This document shows positions 1 through 12,189 of a stretch of 64,000 nt of DNA, piece after piece (within the stretch, counting starts at the first letter, position 1; every line of letters begins with the position of its first letter). Below the pieces are notes generated by a model, which was not told where the DNA came from, did no database searches, and was given only the letters and a program-made list of their open reading frames with translations. This DNA comes from Paraphysomonas bandaiensis (lineage: Eukaryota > Protista > Chrysophyceae), in contig CBFFRP010000215.1 of the NCBI GenBank assembly GCA_965644295.1, positions 1-64,000 on the forward strand, read 5' to 3'. The position numbers were made by a program, and so were the translations under genes.

Positions 1-498
1 ACAATTCGAGATTCTAGTTGCACCACTTCTAGTCACGCATCAGTCAAATATAATTCTCCAGGCAGTCCTAGAAATGCTACAATTCCGCCTTTTCTGAAAG
101 TATTGATAGTGGATGATTCTCCTGTAAATAGAAAGATGACACATCGACTGATAAAGTCAACTGTACCATGTATAAAGCACGCGGAGAATGGTATCGAAGC
201 AGTTGCCAAAGTGCAAGAATCTATGGAGTCTTTAGCTCCCTTTGATTTAATTTTTATGGATGCGACGATGCCTGAGATGGGTGGAGCTGAGGCAACTCGT
301 CGCATACGGAGTATGGGATTCAAAGGAAAAATCGTTTTTCTCACAGGGAACGCGACACCAGAGGAACGAGAAGACTTTATTAGGTCAGGAGCTAATGATG
401 TACTTCTGAAGCCTTGCTCTTTGGAAAAGATAGAGCGCGTTTTAGTATTATTAGGTGAGGTACATAACCTGATTGTAACGATGATGACTTTTTTGTAG
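1..498 (+). CDS. 3' end of a receiver (REC) domain protein, probably a hybrid histidine kinase; starts upstream of the window
   Basis: Frame is open from base 1. Receiver motifs LIVDD..NRKM, A.NG.EAV, FDLIFMD(P-acceptor)..MPEMGG.EAT, LTGN, GA..VL.KP. A short GT-AG intron probably ends at 498, so the true stop is uncertain. Confidence 0.88.
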   Translation, partial: TIRDSSCTTSSHASVKYNSPGSPRNATIPPFLKVLIVDDSPVNRKMTHRLIKSTVPCIKHAENGIEAVAKVQESMESLAPFDLIFMDATMPEMGGAEATRRIRSMGFKGKIVFLTGNATPEEREDFIRSGANDVLLKPCSLEKIERVLVLLGEVHNLIVTMMTFL

Positions 499-1160
499 GT
501 TAAAAACAGAATTGTGACCTGTTACCATGGAAATGGTTTGTTCACCTTACGATTAATGTTTCTATTGGCTTGTTGGGATGCACACCACAGCATTTTCGTT
601 TTTTTCTGTCCTGCTGCAAGCAGAGGCTCGGGTATGACTCTTATTGTAATGCAGTCTTTATTCAGTATCCGCGTATTGTAGTAATGGTTTAGAGTTAACT
701 ATACACTACAATATCATTGAACTTAAAGTGATATCGTCTGAGAAAATATATTGTATATTCTGTGACAGTATTTATGATCTGTGGTTCCTAAATTACAACA
801 GCGTAGGACAGATTTTGATATGTATTGACCAATGAGATCGTGATTGTTCGTTGGTTGTACTAATTAATGTACCAAATTGCAATTACTTTATCACTTCCGA
901 ATTAATCTGGCAGAATTTATGGTATACTAGCAACACCCCACTTCAAGTAACTATGAGCACCGGTGATATATATTGCAATCTTGACTCCATAGTAATTACT
1001 GTGCCGTAATCCTTTTTTATTTACTCCTGGTTTTAATTTTCCGGCTTTCAGCAACAGATATTATAATACAAGTTTTAAGTTCAAAATACCATTTTGTGGA
1101 CGTTGTGTTCTGACTGAAGATCTACAATAAATACATTAAGATCTACATATATCATGTATA

Positions 1161-1645
1161 TATATTGAAAGTCTTATTATTTGCAATAGGCGTTAAAAAC
1201 CTGCACCAACTCAGTAGCTAGATGAATGCTACACAAACTAGTTTGACCTCCACCTGTAACTAATTAGTGCACAATTTTCTTATCCTACTATTTAACGCTA
1301 CGGAAGCTGCTTGTGCGTCGCCGCAAGCGCCAAGGTGCGACCACTTCCGGTCTGAATTCTTAAGGTGAATATCCCGGATGCTTGACTTCAGCAGGCAGCC
1401 CAATACCCCGGTTACTTTTCAGGTGGGCCCATTCCCGGATGCCTGTTTATTCGTCAGGGCCCAAAGACGTCTACACAAGTGACACTTATTGGTGTCCCTT
1501 GTACTACACAAGCATTCGGCTATGAGTGGGCAGAAGAATATCTGCTGACTATGTTTGCGGCTCACGTTAGTTTCCCAGAGAGAATCTCTCCGGTACTTAT
1601 CCCCCAGAACACCACGAAAAGATGCGAGTCCGACTTTGTTGAGGG
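1161..1645 (-). mobile_element. Short non-autonomous retroposon, family A, copy 1
   Basis: Homologous to 10910-11378 and 21577-22637. Flanked by a perfect 13-bp direct repeat TATATCATGTATA (1148-1160 and 1646-1658), read as a TSD. Confidence 0.85.
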
Positions 1646-2074
1646 TATATCATGTATACACAGTGTATATACATCAAATCACTATCATTAAATCTTTTGA
1701 ATCCGTTATATCGATATCTTCTGTCTGTATCTGCGAATAGAAGTCTGTAGGAGGTGCTTGTTGTCTAATCACAGCAATGAGGAAGATGTTACTGAATTTG
1801 TGGTCACAGTCAGATCCATTTGATCTATGAGTGACATCAGATCATTGGTGAGATACTATACACTGATATTCTCTCTTGTGTGTCACTGCACAGTACGTAT
1901 GCATGGATAAGTTATGAGGGTAGCTCTCAGGATGATGTAGATACATGTACATATATGTATACGCACGATATAGACTGCATATGATCTAGGCTTGTGTATT
2001 GTGAACTATCAGCAAATGAATAACAAGAATTCTTATTCTATTGGTTATAAAATATGTAAGGAGGTTATCACAAA

Positions 2075-2136
2075 TAGTTTTTAGGAAATTTTAGTTTTTA
2101 GGAAATTTTAGTTTTTAGGAAATTTTAGTTTTTAGG
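2075..2136. repeat. 17-bp tandem repeat (TAGTTTTTAGGAAATTT) x~3.6
   Basis: Perfect tandem copies seen directly. Confidence 0.9.
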
Positions 2137-2339
2137 TGAAAAATATAGGGATTTTTATATTCTATCATTAAAATCAGTTGAAAAACGCCAAGAATGTAGA
2201 GTGTGCAGTCCTTGCCTGTATGCGTTACTCTCTGTATATATTACATACACATGTACATATAGAGTGAGCCTCATCTGTTGGCAGTTCATTCATTGTATAG
2301 TTAATACTAAAGTAATTCATAACATTTGGTTGTAGCTTC

Positions 2340-2660
2340 ATGGCACAACAAGAGTCTGATGCAATTGTGTGGGGTGCGTCGTGTGGCGTGCTATTATTAG
2401 TCACCGTATTGTCGTACATAACATATCGTCGACTAAAGCCGAAGGAAGAGCCAGGTATTTAATAAGTCTATTACGAGGTAATGGACGTAACCGTTGTTAA
2501 TATCTCAGCTCCTCGTCGAATAGTTCAGAGCAAAGCTTCTCAACAATGGGTTGAAAATTTACGGAATCAAAAGAGTGTCGTCAGAGGTATTATGGATGCC
2601 TTTATATCGCCCCTCAAGAATGTTCCCGTTGCCGCTGAAGAGGTTTCAATTGAAGATTGA
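2340..2660 (+). CDS. Small (88 aa) single-pass membrane protein, two exons; absent from the ORF track
   Basis: Exon 2340-2454 (MAQQESDAIVWGASCGVLLLVTVLSYITYRRLKPKEEP), 54-bp GT..CAG intron 2455-2508, exon 2509-2660 in frame to TGA. Hydrophobic helix followed by basic RRLK. Confidence 0.6.
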
Positions 2661-3148
2661 AAAATACTGTGTAATTTACACAATCGTATCTTGATGGGGG
2701 TCCAGCTTTTGTGTTCGTAAATATGTCTATTGATAATATGTTTATCTCTGGAAACCATCAAGATCGGATTTGCGATTGTAAATATTATAGCGGACGTATA
2801 TAAATCTATGTTGTCGTTAAATATATTCAACGTGTGGAATCAACTAATTAACAATGAATACCGTCATTTTTTGTGGTCTAGTGCCGTCGCACTGTTGGAG
2901 AAATTTTACAACCAGTGAGTGGAGACTATATATGACAGAAACATTTCGGAGGGTGCATATCAATTCGTAGAAGACAATTGGCTTTATATATTTTACATCT
3001 TGGTATAATACTTAATAATAAATTACTTTATATACTACTTAAAAATCAAGATATTAAGAGTTATAGCTCCCACAAATCCGTTTTCAAGAACTATAGGAAA
3101 CTTAAATACTAGAAACTATAGCATTATACTGAGCCAAGTGGGCAAAAG

Positions 3149-4599
3149 CTAAACACGTTCTCGATAAAAATCGGTATCACAACCTACATGAAGTTTACTG
3201 ATATCTACAACACTTTCGTCCAGAGACCATCGAGAGAAAGCGTCATGCGATGGAGGGCCTTTTATTTTGTTTCGAGCTTCTTTTCGAATCCTTTCGGGTG
3301 ATAACTCCCTTACAACAGATGATCGCCTACTTCGAGGCGCAAACATAGAAACAGCGGGCATATTTAAGAGGTTGGTTGATTCATCATCTCGATCTACGCT
3401 TTCTTTTTCAGGCAAAGAAATTTTTTCGTTCTGGTCCGTGTTGCCTATAGATTCAAAGCTTCCGTCTTTCATACTCGATATCACTTGTTTTTCTATCTCG
3501 GCCACACGCGCTCGTTTTTGCTCCAGTGAACGAGCAACTGTAGATCGACGAACCGTCTCACGCGCAACCTGCTTGTCTTCCCGTGCCTTCTGAACTTCAT
3601 CATAGCATAGAGAAATACGTCGACGGAAGTGTGTATCGAATGTGCACTCGCAGCGACGTCCTCTGCATATATTCCACCTGTATACGTTCACAAAAATATA
3701 AGCATGGACAGCAAAAAAACTTAATCACTGTACTCACACACAAGCGCACGTTGGTCTTCGGGTATCCAATGGGGCTTTCCTAGTGCTTCTTCCGGAACGT
3801 TGTTTGGGAGAGGGGGGCACAGAGTCAGATTGTTTAGGGAGTCCAGCAAGCAGACGGGCATCTGCCATCTCATCTGCTGTGTCTCTTAAATACGCAAAAA
3901 CGGTCTCCTTAACTCTGTACTCCATCCGTCTTAGTACTGGACTCATATCCACATTGTAAGCGTCGAAAGTAAGTTTCTTCCACCTACAGAATGCCAAGTA
4001 GGGGAAATACCTTTCAAGAAAGCCCTAAAAAATGTTAACAGAAAATCAGATATACAGCCGTGTGATAATACCAGCTTCCGCAATATGTGTATTATACGCA
4101 GCCACTTTTTCCACAACTCAAAATATTTGAATAAACTCTTTAACCTGCTGTCCTTCAACACCAATGCCCACTGTATAAAATGCTTGCGTGTGATGTTGAC
4201 ATTATTAAACTCTACGGCTCGATAATACAGTGTCACATCTTTCCATATGCAGAACATATGCTTCAATTGACCAATAGGATTATTACCTATTAACAGCAAG
4301 ATAGAGAAACGCTTTCTCATCCACTCTATTCTCCATCGACGAAGAGAGCGTAACATAATATGATATCTTCTGATTCCCGCACACTGCATATGTAGATGCC
4401 AGTCTCTGAATTTCCTACCTAGTTCAAGACGTATATATATGTGCTGTAGTGCTCTAAGTCGCATGAGTTCACGTGTCTTCCTCTGTAATGCCATGGACTG
4501 ACAATGACTGGTCCAGCGACGTACGGATGAGGGTGAGCCTTCATCAGCACGACCATAGTAGACTGGTTGACGATGATCTGGAAGACGTAATACTTTCAT
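3149..4599 (-). CDS. Sfi1-like repeat protein (F/L..W repeats), three exons
   Basis: Recurrent motifs RKFRDW, SLRRW, MFCIW, HFIQW, YFELW, AFCRW. ORFs 3943-4671, 3734-3997 and 3149-3691 join through GT-AG introns at ~4025-4071 and ~3678-3737. Confidence 0.55.
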
Positions 4600-4863
4600 C
4601 TGTTTACATTGATAAGGAAACCGAGTCTTCTTAATGAGATAACTATACATACATATACACACATCATACACACCTTTTGAAAAATAGAACGTACCTCACC
4701 AACAGATAGATATACGTACTTACATACAGCCCGTACATACATATATATATCTATACGTACCTACCTACATACCCACAGGTACATTACTTCATCAAGCAAC
4801 ATATATGTGGACATGATAGTCGAAACAGTCCTATGCCATATATATTCCATGCAATGACTTGCA

Positions 4864-6144
4864 ATGCAGGGCATACAAGACCCTTCACCGCCTATGTCAT
4901 CCTTACTACGCTCTCTTCTTCTTACTCTGGCATCTTTCTCTATAGGATGTTTGATTGTAGTTCAGGCCAGTATGAACATTCAGCTAAGCGTGACTCTGGG
5001 GGGAGCTTTGAGATCATCCCTAACATCGTTTCTTGTGGGAATGTTGCTTCTTTCCGCAGTAGTGTTGGGACAGACCTCATTAAGGACTAGATCGGAGAGA
5101 AGTCTTGAAGATATCGATGCAGAGAGTGCTCATGAGGTGCCGTCGAGACAATCGTTGAGTTCCTTTTTAAGGAGTTCTTTATACCGACATCAATGCATGT
5201 GTTGTTTCAACACCTCGATCAATAGTGAAATGCAAACGACTGGAGTGATTAGGGGCCAGCTGTGGTGGTACTATTTGGGGGGTGTCTATGGCTGCATGTA
5301 TATAACTACAACTGTATTTGTTATACCTTACATTGGTTTCAGCGTTTTCTTCGTGTGTCACATATGTGGACAACTTCTGTGCGCTCTTCTCATTGATACA
5401 CTTGGTTGGTTTGGCTCGGAGGTCCGCCGTATTCACTACGGCCGGGTTGCTGGGTGCGTCACGACTGCAGTTGGCGCTGTTTTACTCATCTCGGGAGATG
5501 CAACTGCTAGCATGGACCCTATCGTGGTTATAATTCTGGTCATTGTAAGTGTAATCTCTGGCATCGTTCTCCCAGCTCAGGCAGCTACCAATTCTAAGTT
5601 GAAATCATCCTTAGGTTGCACAGCGGAGACGGTAGCGTGTATATCATTCACCACCTCCGTGATTCTGCTGTTCCTAATAAACTGCTTCTCGTTTCTATTT
5701 GTGTCACAAGCGCCGGCGTGGAGTAACAGTCGGTGGTGGCAGTGGTGTGGAGGGGCTGTTGGAGTGATATTTGTGGTCGGGGGTATACGAGTGGCCCCTC
5801 TCATCGGTTACTCTACCTTTTTTGTGGCAGTTATCGCTGGCCAGCTTTCAATGTCAATACTATCAGATAAATACGGGCTTTTGGGTCCTGCAGAAAGCAG
5901 TGCTGATAGCCCATTGGCTATTGGTGGTGTCCTTCTCGGAATAGCTGGAGCTGTGGTAGTATCTGTGTCCAAAAGTGTTTCTAGTCAACCAACAACGGGG
6001 TCTCTGGGGATGATTGAGACTGTCGATAGCAGAATTTCGCGTCAAAATGATGATGTAGGCATAGAAAGCAGCGAAAGTGATGTCTCATTCGCTGGTGAGA
6101 ATAAGAGTAGTTCTTACAATCAGTTGCCTTCAAAAAATATTTGA
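4864..6144 (+). CDS. DMT-superfamily transporter with two YdcZ/DUF606-like domains
   Basis: Two repeats of Q..N..L / WW...GG..G / GQL......D..G motifs, about 10 TM helices, intronless. Confidence 0.85.
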   Translation: MQGIQDPSPPMSSLLRSLLLTLASFSIGCLIVVQASMNIQLSVTLGGALRSSLTSFLVGMLLLSAVVLGQTSLRTRSERSLEDIDAESAHEVPSRQSLSSFLRSSLYRHQCMCCFNTSINSEMQTTGVIRGQLWWYYLGGVYGCMYITTTVFVIPYIGFSVFFVCHICGQLLCALLIDTLGWFGSEVRRIHYGRVAGCVTTAVGAVLLISGDATASMDPIVVIILVIVSVISGIVLPAQAATNSKLKSSLGCTAETVACISFTTSVILLFLINCFSFLFVSQAPAWSNSRWWQWCGGAVGVIFVVGGIRVAPLIGYSTFFVAVIAGQLSMSILSDKYGLLGPAESSADSPLAIGGVLLGIAGAVVVSVSKSVSSQPTTGSLGMIETVDSRISRQNDDVGIESSESDVSFAGENKSSSYNQLPSKNI

Positions 6145-6708
6145 GGATTTCTTTTTGTGTATGTTAAAAGTACATTGCAGAAATGTACTACTATATATTT
6201 ATATTACTAGTATACATTGATTGATTGTTATAAATACTCACTACAAAGTAGTCTAACTATTATTTGCATTCACTGGATACAACACCGAAGTTTCTCTGTT
6301 TCAGTCATACTTCAACTCGTTCGTATTTACGTTCAAGAATAAGCTGATTTATATTAATCATTTATCGTCACTCACTAAGTCTATAGTCTGTCGCCACTAC
6401 TACCAACCAACATTAGCAAGTCTTAGATAGACAGGATCTGATACAGTCAATATACCCTCTAAATAATACTGTTTCCAACTACTGTTTTCTTTTAGTAACA
6501 GTCATAATATAAAAATCTTAAAATACAGCTTTTAATTGGATACGTGTCAACACAATGATAGAAGTTTATACGAATTGTAGAAAAAGTCCCATAGTTCAAT
6601 AGTTACAATTATTACAACATTCGTAAATGAGTACTGCATAACACTTCATTTAAAATTCAATGTAGTTGGCACACAATATTGATGCATTTCCCCAACATCT
6701 GAATAGGT

Positions 6709-8256
6709 CTACTTGGTAGATTTCTGAGTAGCATCAGAGATGCGAAGGTTGTATGGGGAGGAAATATCTCGCCCGAAGACACCAGTCTTAGCCCAATCGA
6801 ATCCCACCTGTGCTTTGTTTCTCTGGGAAAGAAGTTTTGAGAAATAAAGTGATCGCCATATTGCAAAGGCCCCACTGCCCTCCACCACTGTATTCTCACC
6901 ACCCTGTCCCTGTCCAACCGATTTGGCCGGGTGTTTATCCCATAGAACCGTTTTGAGCTCCGCAACCCCTCGACTTGCCCCCACATAGGCAAGAGATCCA
7001 TAATTTACCATCTCAAATTTAGGGTAGCTTTCGATGCGGGCAGGGTCCATTTCGCAGTCTCGCAACATGCGGCCCAAATAAGTGCCCTGCTGATAGGCTG
7101 CCTGGGCGGTTGGTGCACACCCAGAGAGAGCACAGTCGCCAATCGCCCACACACTTCCGTCTGAAACTCCCTTAACTCTGAATCGCTCGTCCACCACTAA
7201 GCCTCTCACAGCTCGGCCGGAAGGAACCTGTTCTCCACCTATAGCTGTCGCAAATTTGCGCGTTATAGGGCGAGCTGCTATTCCACCAGCCCAAACAAAT
7301 ACGCCATAATCTATGGACTTTGACACTTCGGCACCATCCGAAGTACGTTCCTTAAGCATGACTTTGTTGTCACTAACTGATGTGACCATTGCATCACAGA
7401 GAACAGTAGCGCCCTGCTCCACGAGTGAATGCTTTGCGTATGCAGATATGTGGGGATCGAAGGTGCCTAAAATCTTTCCAGTGGCCTCCACCAAAGTGAC
7501 ATGAACTTTATCTTTCAGGTGGGGAAAATATTTTGCAACATCTGCGTTTATGAAGTCCCCTAACTCTGCTGTCAACTCTACACCAGTTGGACCTCCACCT
7601 ACCACTACCCAGTGGAGTGCCCTTGCCACTTCAGAATCATCTGCCCCAGATGCTGCGAGGTAATTAGCAAACTCCAGACTCTGTAGAACACGTTTTTGTA
7701 CTGTAAGACCATCCTCAATTTCTTTCATAAACACCGCGTGCTTATCTACTCCAGGGATTCCAAAAGTTGCAGATTCTGCTCCTACAGCAATGACCAAATG
7801 GTTGTACGACAGGCGCATCTCTTTGTCCCCTTCACCCCGACAAGTTATTTCCTTCGCCGAAAAATCTACATCAGTACACTCTGCTTGAACATAACATCCT
7901 TCACCAAAGCGAGATGTATGCCAGCGAATAGGTTCAGATATAGAGCTATGACTCACAGTTCCTGTTGATATCCCGGCAAGCAGAGGTGTGTAGAAGAAGA
8001 ATGACCTTGGAGACACTACTGTTACATCAACCATCCTCTCATCTAACTTCTGAATGACACTGAGAGCAGCCCAACCACTTCCCAGTACAACCACTTTTTG
8101 TTTCTTTTCGTTTTTTCGAGGAAACACTCTGTTAACAGTGTGTTTATATAAGTCATACTTCACATCATTCCATTCACCATTAGCGGTTATAAAAACACAT
8201 TTAACAGCACCATATGAGGCCACACAAACCCCTAGAAAGCGTCCTATATGTCTCAT
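6709..8256 (-). CDS. Type II (alternative) NADH:quinone oxidoreductase, NDH-2
   Basis: VVVLGSGWA, FFYTPLL, LVIAVGA...TFGIPGV, VVVGGGPTGVE, WAIGDC, APTAQAAYQQG, W..T.VFGRDIS. Confidence 0.95.
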   Translation of the reverse strand: MRHIGRFLGVCVASYGAVKCVFITANGEWNDVKYDLYKHTVNRVFPRKNEKKQKVVVLGSGWAALSVIQKLDERMVDVTVVSPRSFFFYTPLLAGISTGTVSHSSISEPIRWHTSRFGEGCYVQAECTDVDFSAKEITCRGEGDKEMRLSYNHLVIAVGAESATFGIPGVDKHAVFMKEIEDGLTVQKRVLQSLEFANYLAASGADDSEVARALHWVVVGGGPTGVELTAELGDFINADVAKYFPHLKDKVHVTLVEATGKILGTFDPHISAYAKHSLVEQGATVLCDAMVTSVSDNKVMLKERTSDGAEVSKSIDYGVFVWAGGIAARPITRKFATAIGGEQVPSGRAVRGLVVDERFRVKGVSDGSVWAIGDCALSGCAPTAQAAYQQGTYLGRMLRDCEMDPARIESYPKFEMVNYGSLAYVGASRGVAELKTVLWDKHPAKSVGQGQGGENTVVEGSGAFAIWRSLYFSKLLSQRNKAQVGFDWAKTGVFGRDISSPYNLRISDATQKSTK

Positions 8257-8882
8257 TGCTGGGATGGTGTAATAGGAGCTGTATTCGATTCTAGTTTAAT
8301 AGAGTCATGTATATGTATGCGCTCTGTTCTAAGTACAGTATGCTACGAATAGTTTTTAAAGTGGCTGTATAGTACAGTATTTATGAGCGAAAAAATCATA
8401 TTTCAATACGAAAAATCCGGGGTTTTTTTATGTGGAATATTGTTCGAACTTCAAGTACAGTGTATAACGTAAAGTTCTTTTAAAATTGCGGCAATCTATC
8501 CAGTTTCAAAGCACCACTCAAAGACATTTCTATACATAGAATACAGTGTAGATCACAGCGTATAATATCCATATGGTACAAAAATAAGTTAGGAGGCAAT
8601 TCAATAATATCACAGTAAAGCACTCATATCTGATTTGATTGGACAGATGGTTTTAGGAAACGAAGTTTGTTCGAGAAAAATATGTGAATATAATAAATGG
8701 ACAGAAGAATATGAATGAAAGTTAGTTAGGTGAGAGGAGAGTATATATATATGTATGTATACTGAGCATATGACAGACCTGTGAGCGCTTATATGGTATA
8801 TCATCATAACATGTGCATGAACACATGATACTTATATCAATAACAATCCACGATAGAAATCAATTGAATAGAATCTCTAGTA

Positions 8883-10393
8883 ATGACAACAGAGAGTTGG
8901 AATAGGAAATATAGCCGTGGACAGCACTTACATAATGACGGTGTGTTTCAATATGTTTACTGTATAATTCCTCTCATCATTCATACAGAGTATGCACTAG
9001 AGTTACTACGAGCTGACCCTTCTCTCCTAGATACATCAGTGGCACTGGACCCTCCTAGCATAAGTCGCAGCTCATCCCTTACTGATTATGATAATCATAA
9101 TGAGATTCAGCCTAATAGTTTGAGACGACGTACTTCATCTTTACAGAATTGTTATCCTAATATAAGTGGTGATTTACTTCGGAAGAAGCCTTTGGAACAG
9201 TCGTTTGCAGGCGTAAGTGATTTAAGGACTATTGAGTGGAACAAACGACGCTGTGATTCAGACTTTCCTTTTAGTGCTGTTCGTGTTACTCCCAATTGTC
9301 GCAAGCGCGGAGACAATTTAGTTTATTCTCCTCAAACGTTTTGTCGGTGCATAAGTGCCATTATTGTAGCGTACATCGCTAAAAGCGAAAGTTCTGGGGA
9401 TGAGGAGACCACAGATACGCAAAACTCTATCTTTGACAGTGGCTCGGGGTCACATACTTGCGCAACGGATATAGCTCGACAACTATGTGTGTCCCCAACC
9501 AATGAACCCACTGCTATAATTGTAGGTGCTTAATTTCTATTATACTCTTTGCTTACGATGTGTTCCATTAGGCTCCTGTCCCTCCTCCATCAGTTAGGAC
9601 GGTATACTCTTTTCTACATAGCCTCTATGTCAATGCACAGGTAGAGCACGAGTGTCTCCTTATTATGTTGGTGTATATTGAACGGGCACTCCATGGCAAC
9701 AATGCAAAGAGATTGTGTCTGACGAAATCCAATTGGAAGGCAGTTCTACTAACAGCTATAATGCTTGCTTCAAAAGTATGGGACGACTTCAGTATGATCA
9801 ATGTAGACTTTAGCGTCGTGTGTTCTGCTGGTGGCAATAATATTTCTTTATCTCGCCTAAATGAATTGGAGAGTCGGTTTTTACAGGCCCTGGATTATAG
9901 GGTGTTTATAACAGGGCCAGAGTATGCTCAGATCCACCTACGTTTACAGGCTTTAGTTGGAGAAGCTCGAGAAGGACAGAGTGCAGTTTTATCTGAAAAC
10001 AAATCTGACAGTAATTCAGTGAAACGCCCAAGGTTGGTGCGGTTGGATAGTGAGACTGTTTTGAGTCGGAACGTGTTAAACTCTCTGCGGATTGTATCCC
10101 CACAGACACCTGCAGGAAAGGATTTAAATCGTGACTCCAATTCGACTGCAGTTAAACTCCCAGTTCCAGTTCCAGTGGATATCCATCGACCCAACTCCGC
10201 ATCGGCATCCTCCATTACATATCCCACTTGTCCTGCTGATGTGATGGTCATGCGCTGTGGAGAAAATCAGACAACTAGGCAGATCGCTAAGACCTATGCA
10301 TGTGGTACAGACACTGGAAAGGTGATAACGGATAATACCACCGGAAGACCTTCCTGTGATACTGAAGTTCCCATTGCTATCTCCGAGAATTAA
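8883..10393 (+). CDS. Cyclin-Y/PHO80-like cyclin
   Basis: Phase-0 intron 9522-9571 joins the ORFs. Cyclin box EC...MLVYIER...NWK......MLASKVWDD...LNELE..FL..L.Y. Start codon uncertain. Confidence 0.85.
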
Positions 10394-10909
10394 TTACGAC
10401 AGTCTTTCAGAACAGCGCATGTCTGTGATTCGACTTATGAAACGGACTCGTGATAGTGAATAGTCATGAGGGATTATGATACGCAAAAATGTTGAGCAGG
10501 ACAAATTTATAGGAGCCCATCGCCATCTGTTATTAGATGTGAAGTGATTTCCCTTGAGGTAAAGTATGGGAAATTGTTTGATGTTTTATTGTAAATTCTG
10601 TTCCAATGAATATTGTGGGAACAGTTAGTAACGTGTGTTTTGTATATCAGCTTTAAGTGCTTAAAATCAGTAGACATAATACAAGTGCCCAGCTGAATAG
10701 ATTCATATAATATGATGTAGTGATATGCCCGACTAGATCATTGAAAGAAAGTATAAATAAATTATGTGGGGTAAAACTATATTGCTTCTTTCAATCTGAG
10801 GAGAGTGGTGGAATATAAAACTATATGTTTCTCTAAGATAGACCTGTAGAATACGTTAAAAACACTATGCAGCTATAACTGGTAAACTGATCTATTCTGA
10901 CGATTCAAG

Positions 10910-11378
10910 TAGTAGTGAATGTCTTAATTCTGGCCATAGGCGTTTAAGTATAGTAGGATTTTAAGAGTCAGTGCTTAACTCTGATATCCTACTATTAACG
11001 CTACGAAAGCTGCTTGTGCGTCACCGCAAGCACCAAGGTGCAATCACTTTTGCTCTATCATTCAAAGCTAACGCAGTGAGCAAGCGACAAACAGATAGTT
11101 GATATACCTGACATCTGCTGACTTCAGGATTTATTAGCCCTTAAGGTGAACAATCCGGATGTTTGACTTCAGCAGGCAGCCCAATACCCCGGATGCTCTT
11201 GAGGTGTGCCTATTCCCGGCTACCTGTTTAGTCGTCAGGTGACACTTGCACCACACAGTATTTGGCTATGAGTAGGCAGCAGAACAGCAATATCTGCTGA
11301 CTATATATGCGGCTCACCGGTGCTTCTCCCCTCCTAGTACAACACCCCGAAAAGGCGCGAGTCCGACTTTGATGAGCG
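10910..11378 (-). mobile_element. Short non-autonomous retroposon, family A, copy 2
   Basis: Same termini as copy 1. Flanked by GACGATTCAAG (10899-10909) and GACAGTTCAAG (11379-11389), a 9/11 degenerate TSD. Short CTA-repeat 3' tail on the minus strand. Confidence 0.8.
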
Positions 11379-12189
11379 GACAGTTCAAGATACGTAAGTT
11401 GATCAGTGGTTGACATGAAAGAAAAATATGCCTCATATTGACAGCGTAACTAATTACTGCGTGCGGCCCCCTAGTGGGTGCGGCTGAGTGCTGCTGCGAT
11501 TGATCGCCTCTACCTATGTACACATTGCTTAGTTCAGCACTACCCCACCCGGGGTCTCACTGCATATTCAGCGCTGAATACCATGTGATAATGATGTAGC
11601 TAGTTGGGTTCAGTAGGTAGCTAGCAAATAACGTATGGGACTTAAATCAAATATTAGTTAGGTACCCACCCGACCCCCATCCGAATCTACCTAAGTACGC
11701 GCTCAGAATGGGGCAAAATACAATCATATTGTTGATATTATATTTTGCATGGCAATTGTGTATGCAGTAATAATCGTATCTGTCTAGTATTTACTACTAC
11801 TATTTGATCCAAACCAACAAAATGACCAAAAGCCAAGAATACGACTTTGTTGTCTCAATACGACTTTGGTTGGTTACTATACTCCGTACAGGGGGTACGT
11901 CGCTCCTGTAGCTTATCGAACATGATATGGTTATGTTACGAAAATCCTCTCTTATCTTGTACATTGCTCGACGAAATAAAAAATTGAAAAACGAATCTTG
12001 CCGTTGATGTAGAGATTGCTGCTAAACCTATCCGTATATCCCATCAGCCCCCATAACTTTTATATTGAACCACTTATTTTAGGATTGATGTTGTATAGAA
12101 TGTTTAAAATTATCGAATAGTGCAGCATAAAATACACTAAATATTGCTTACAATATCATTAACTTGAATCGTAATAATTAGAATGCGTA

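Noticed and set aside
2075-2136. Interstitial telomere
   Set aside because: The unit is 17 bp with TTTTAGG, not a pure TTAGGG/TTTAGGG array.
11365-11385. Hammerhead core (TGATGAG) or GTCCG/CGGAC hairpin
   Set aside because: Lacks CTGATGA and a downstream GAAA, is not conserved in copy 1, and the hairpin overlaps the TSD.
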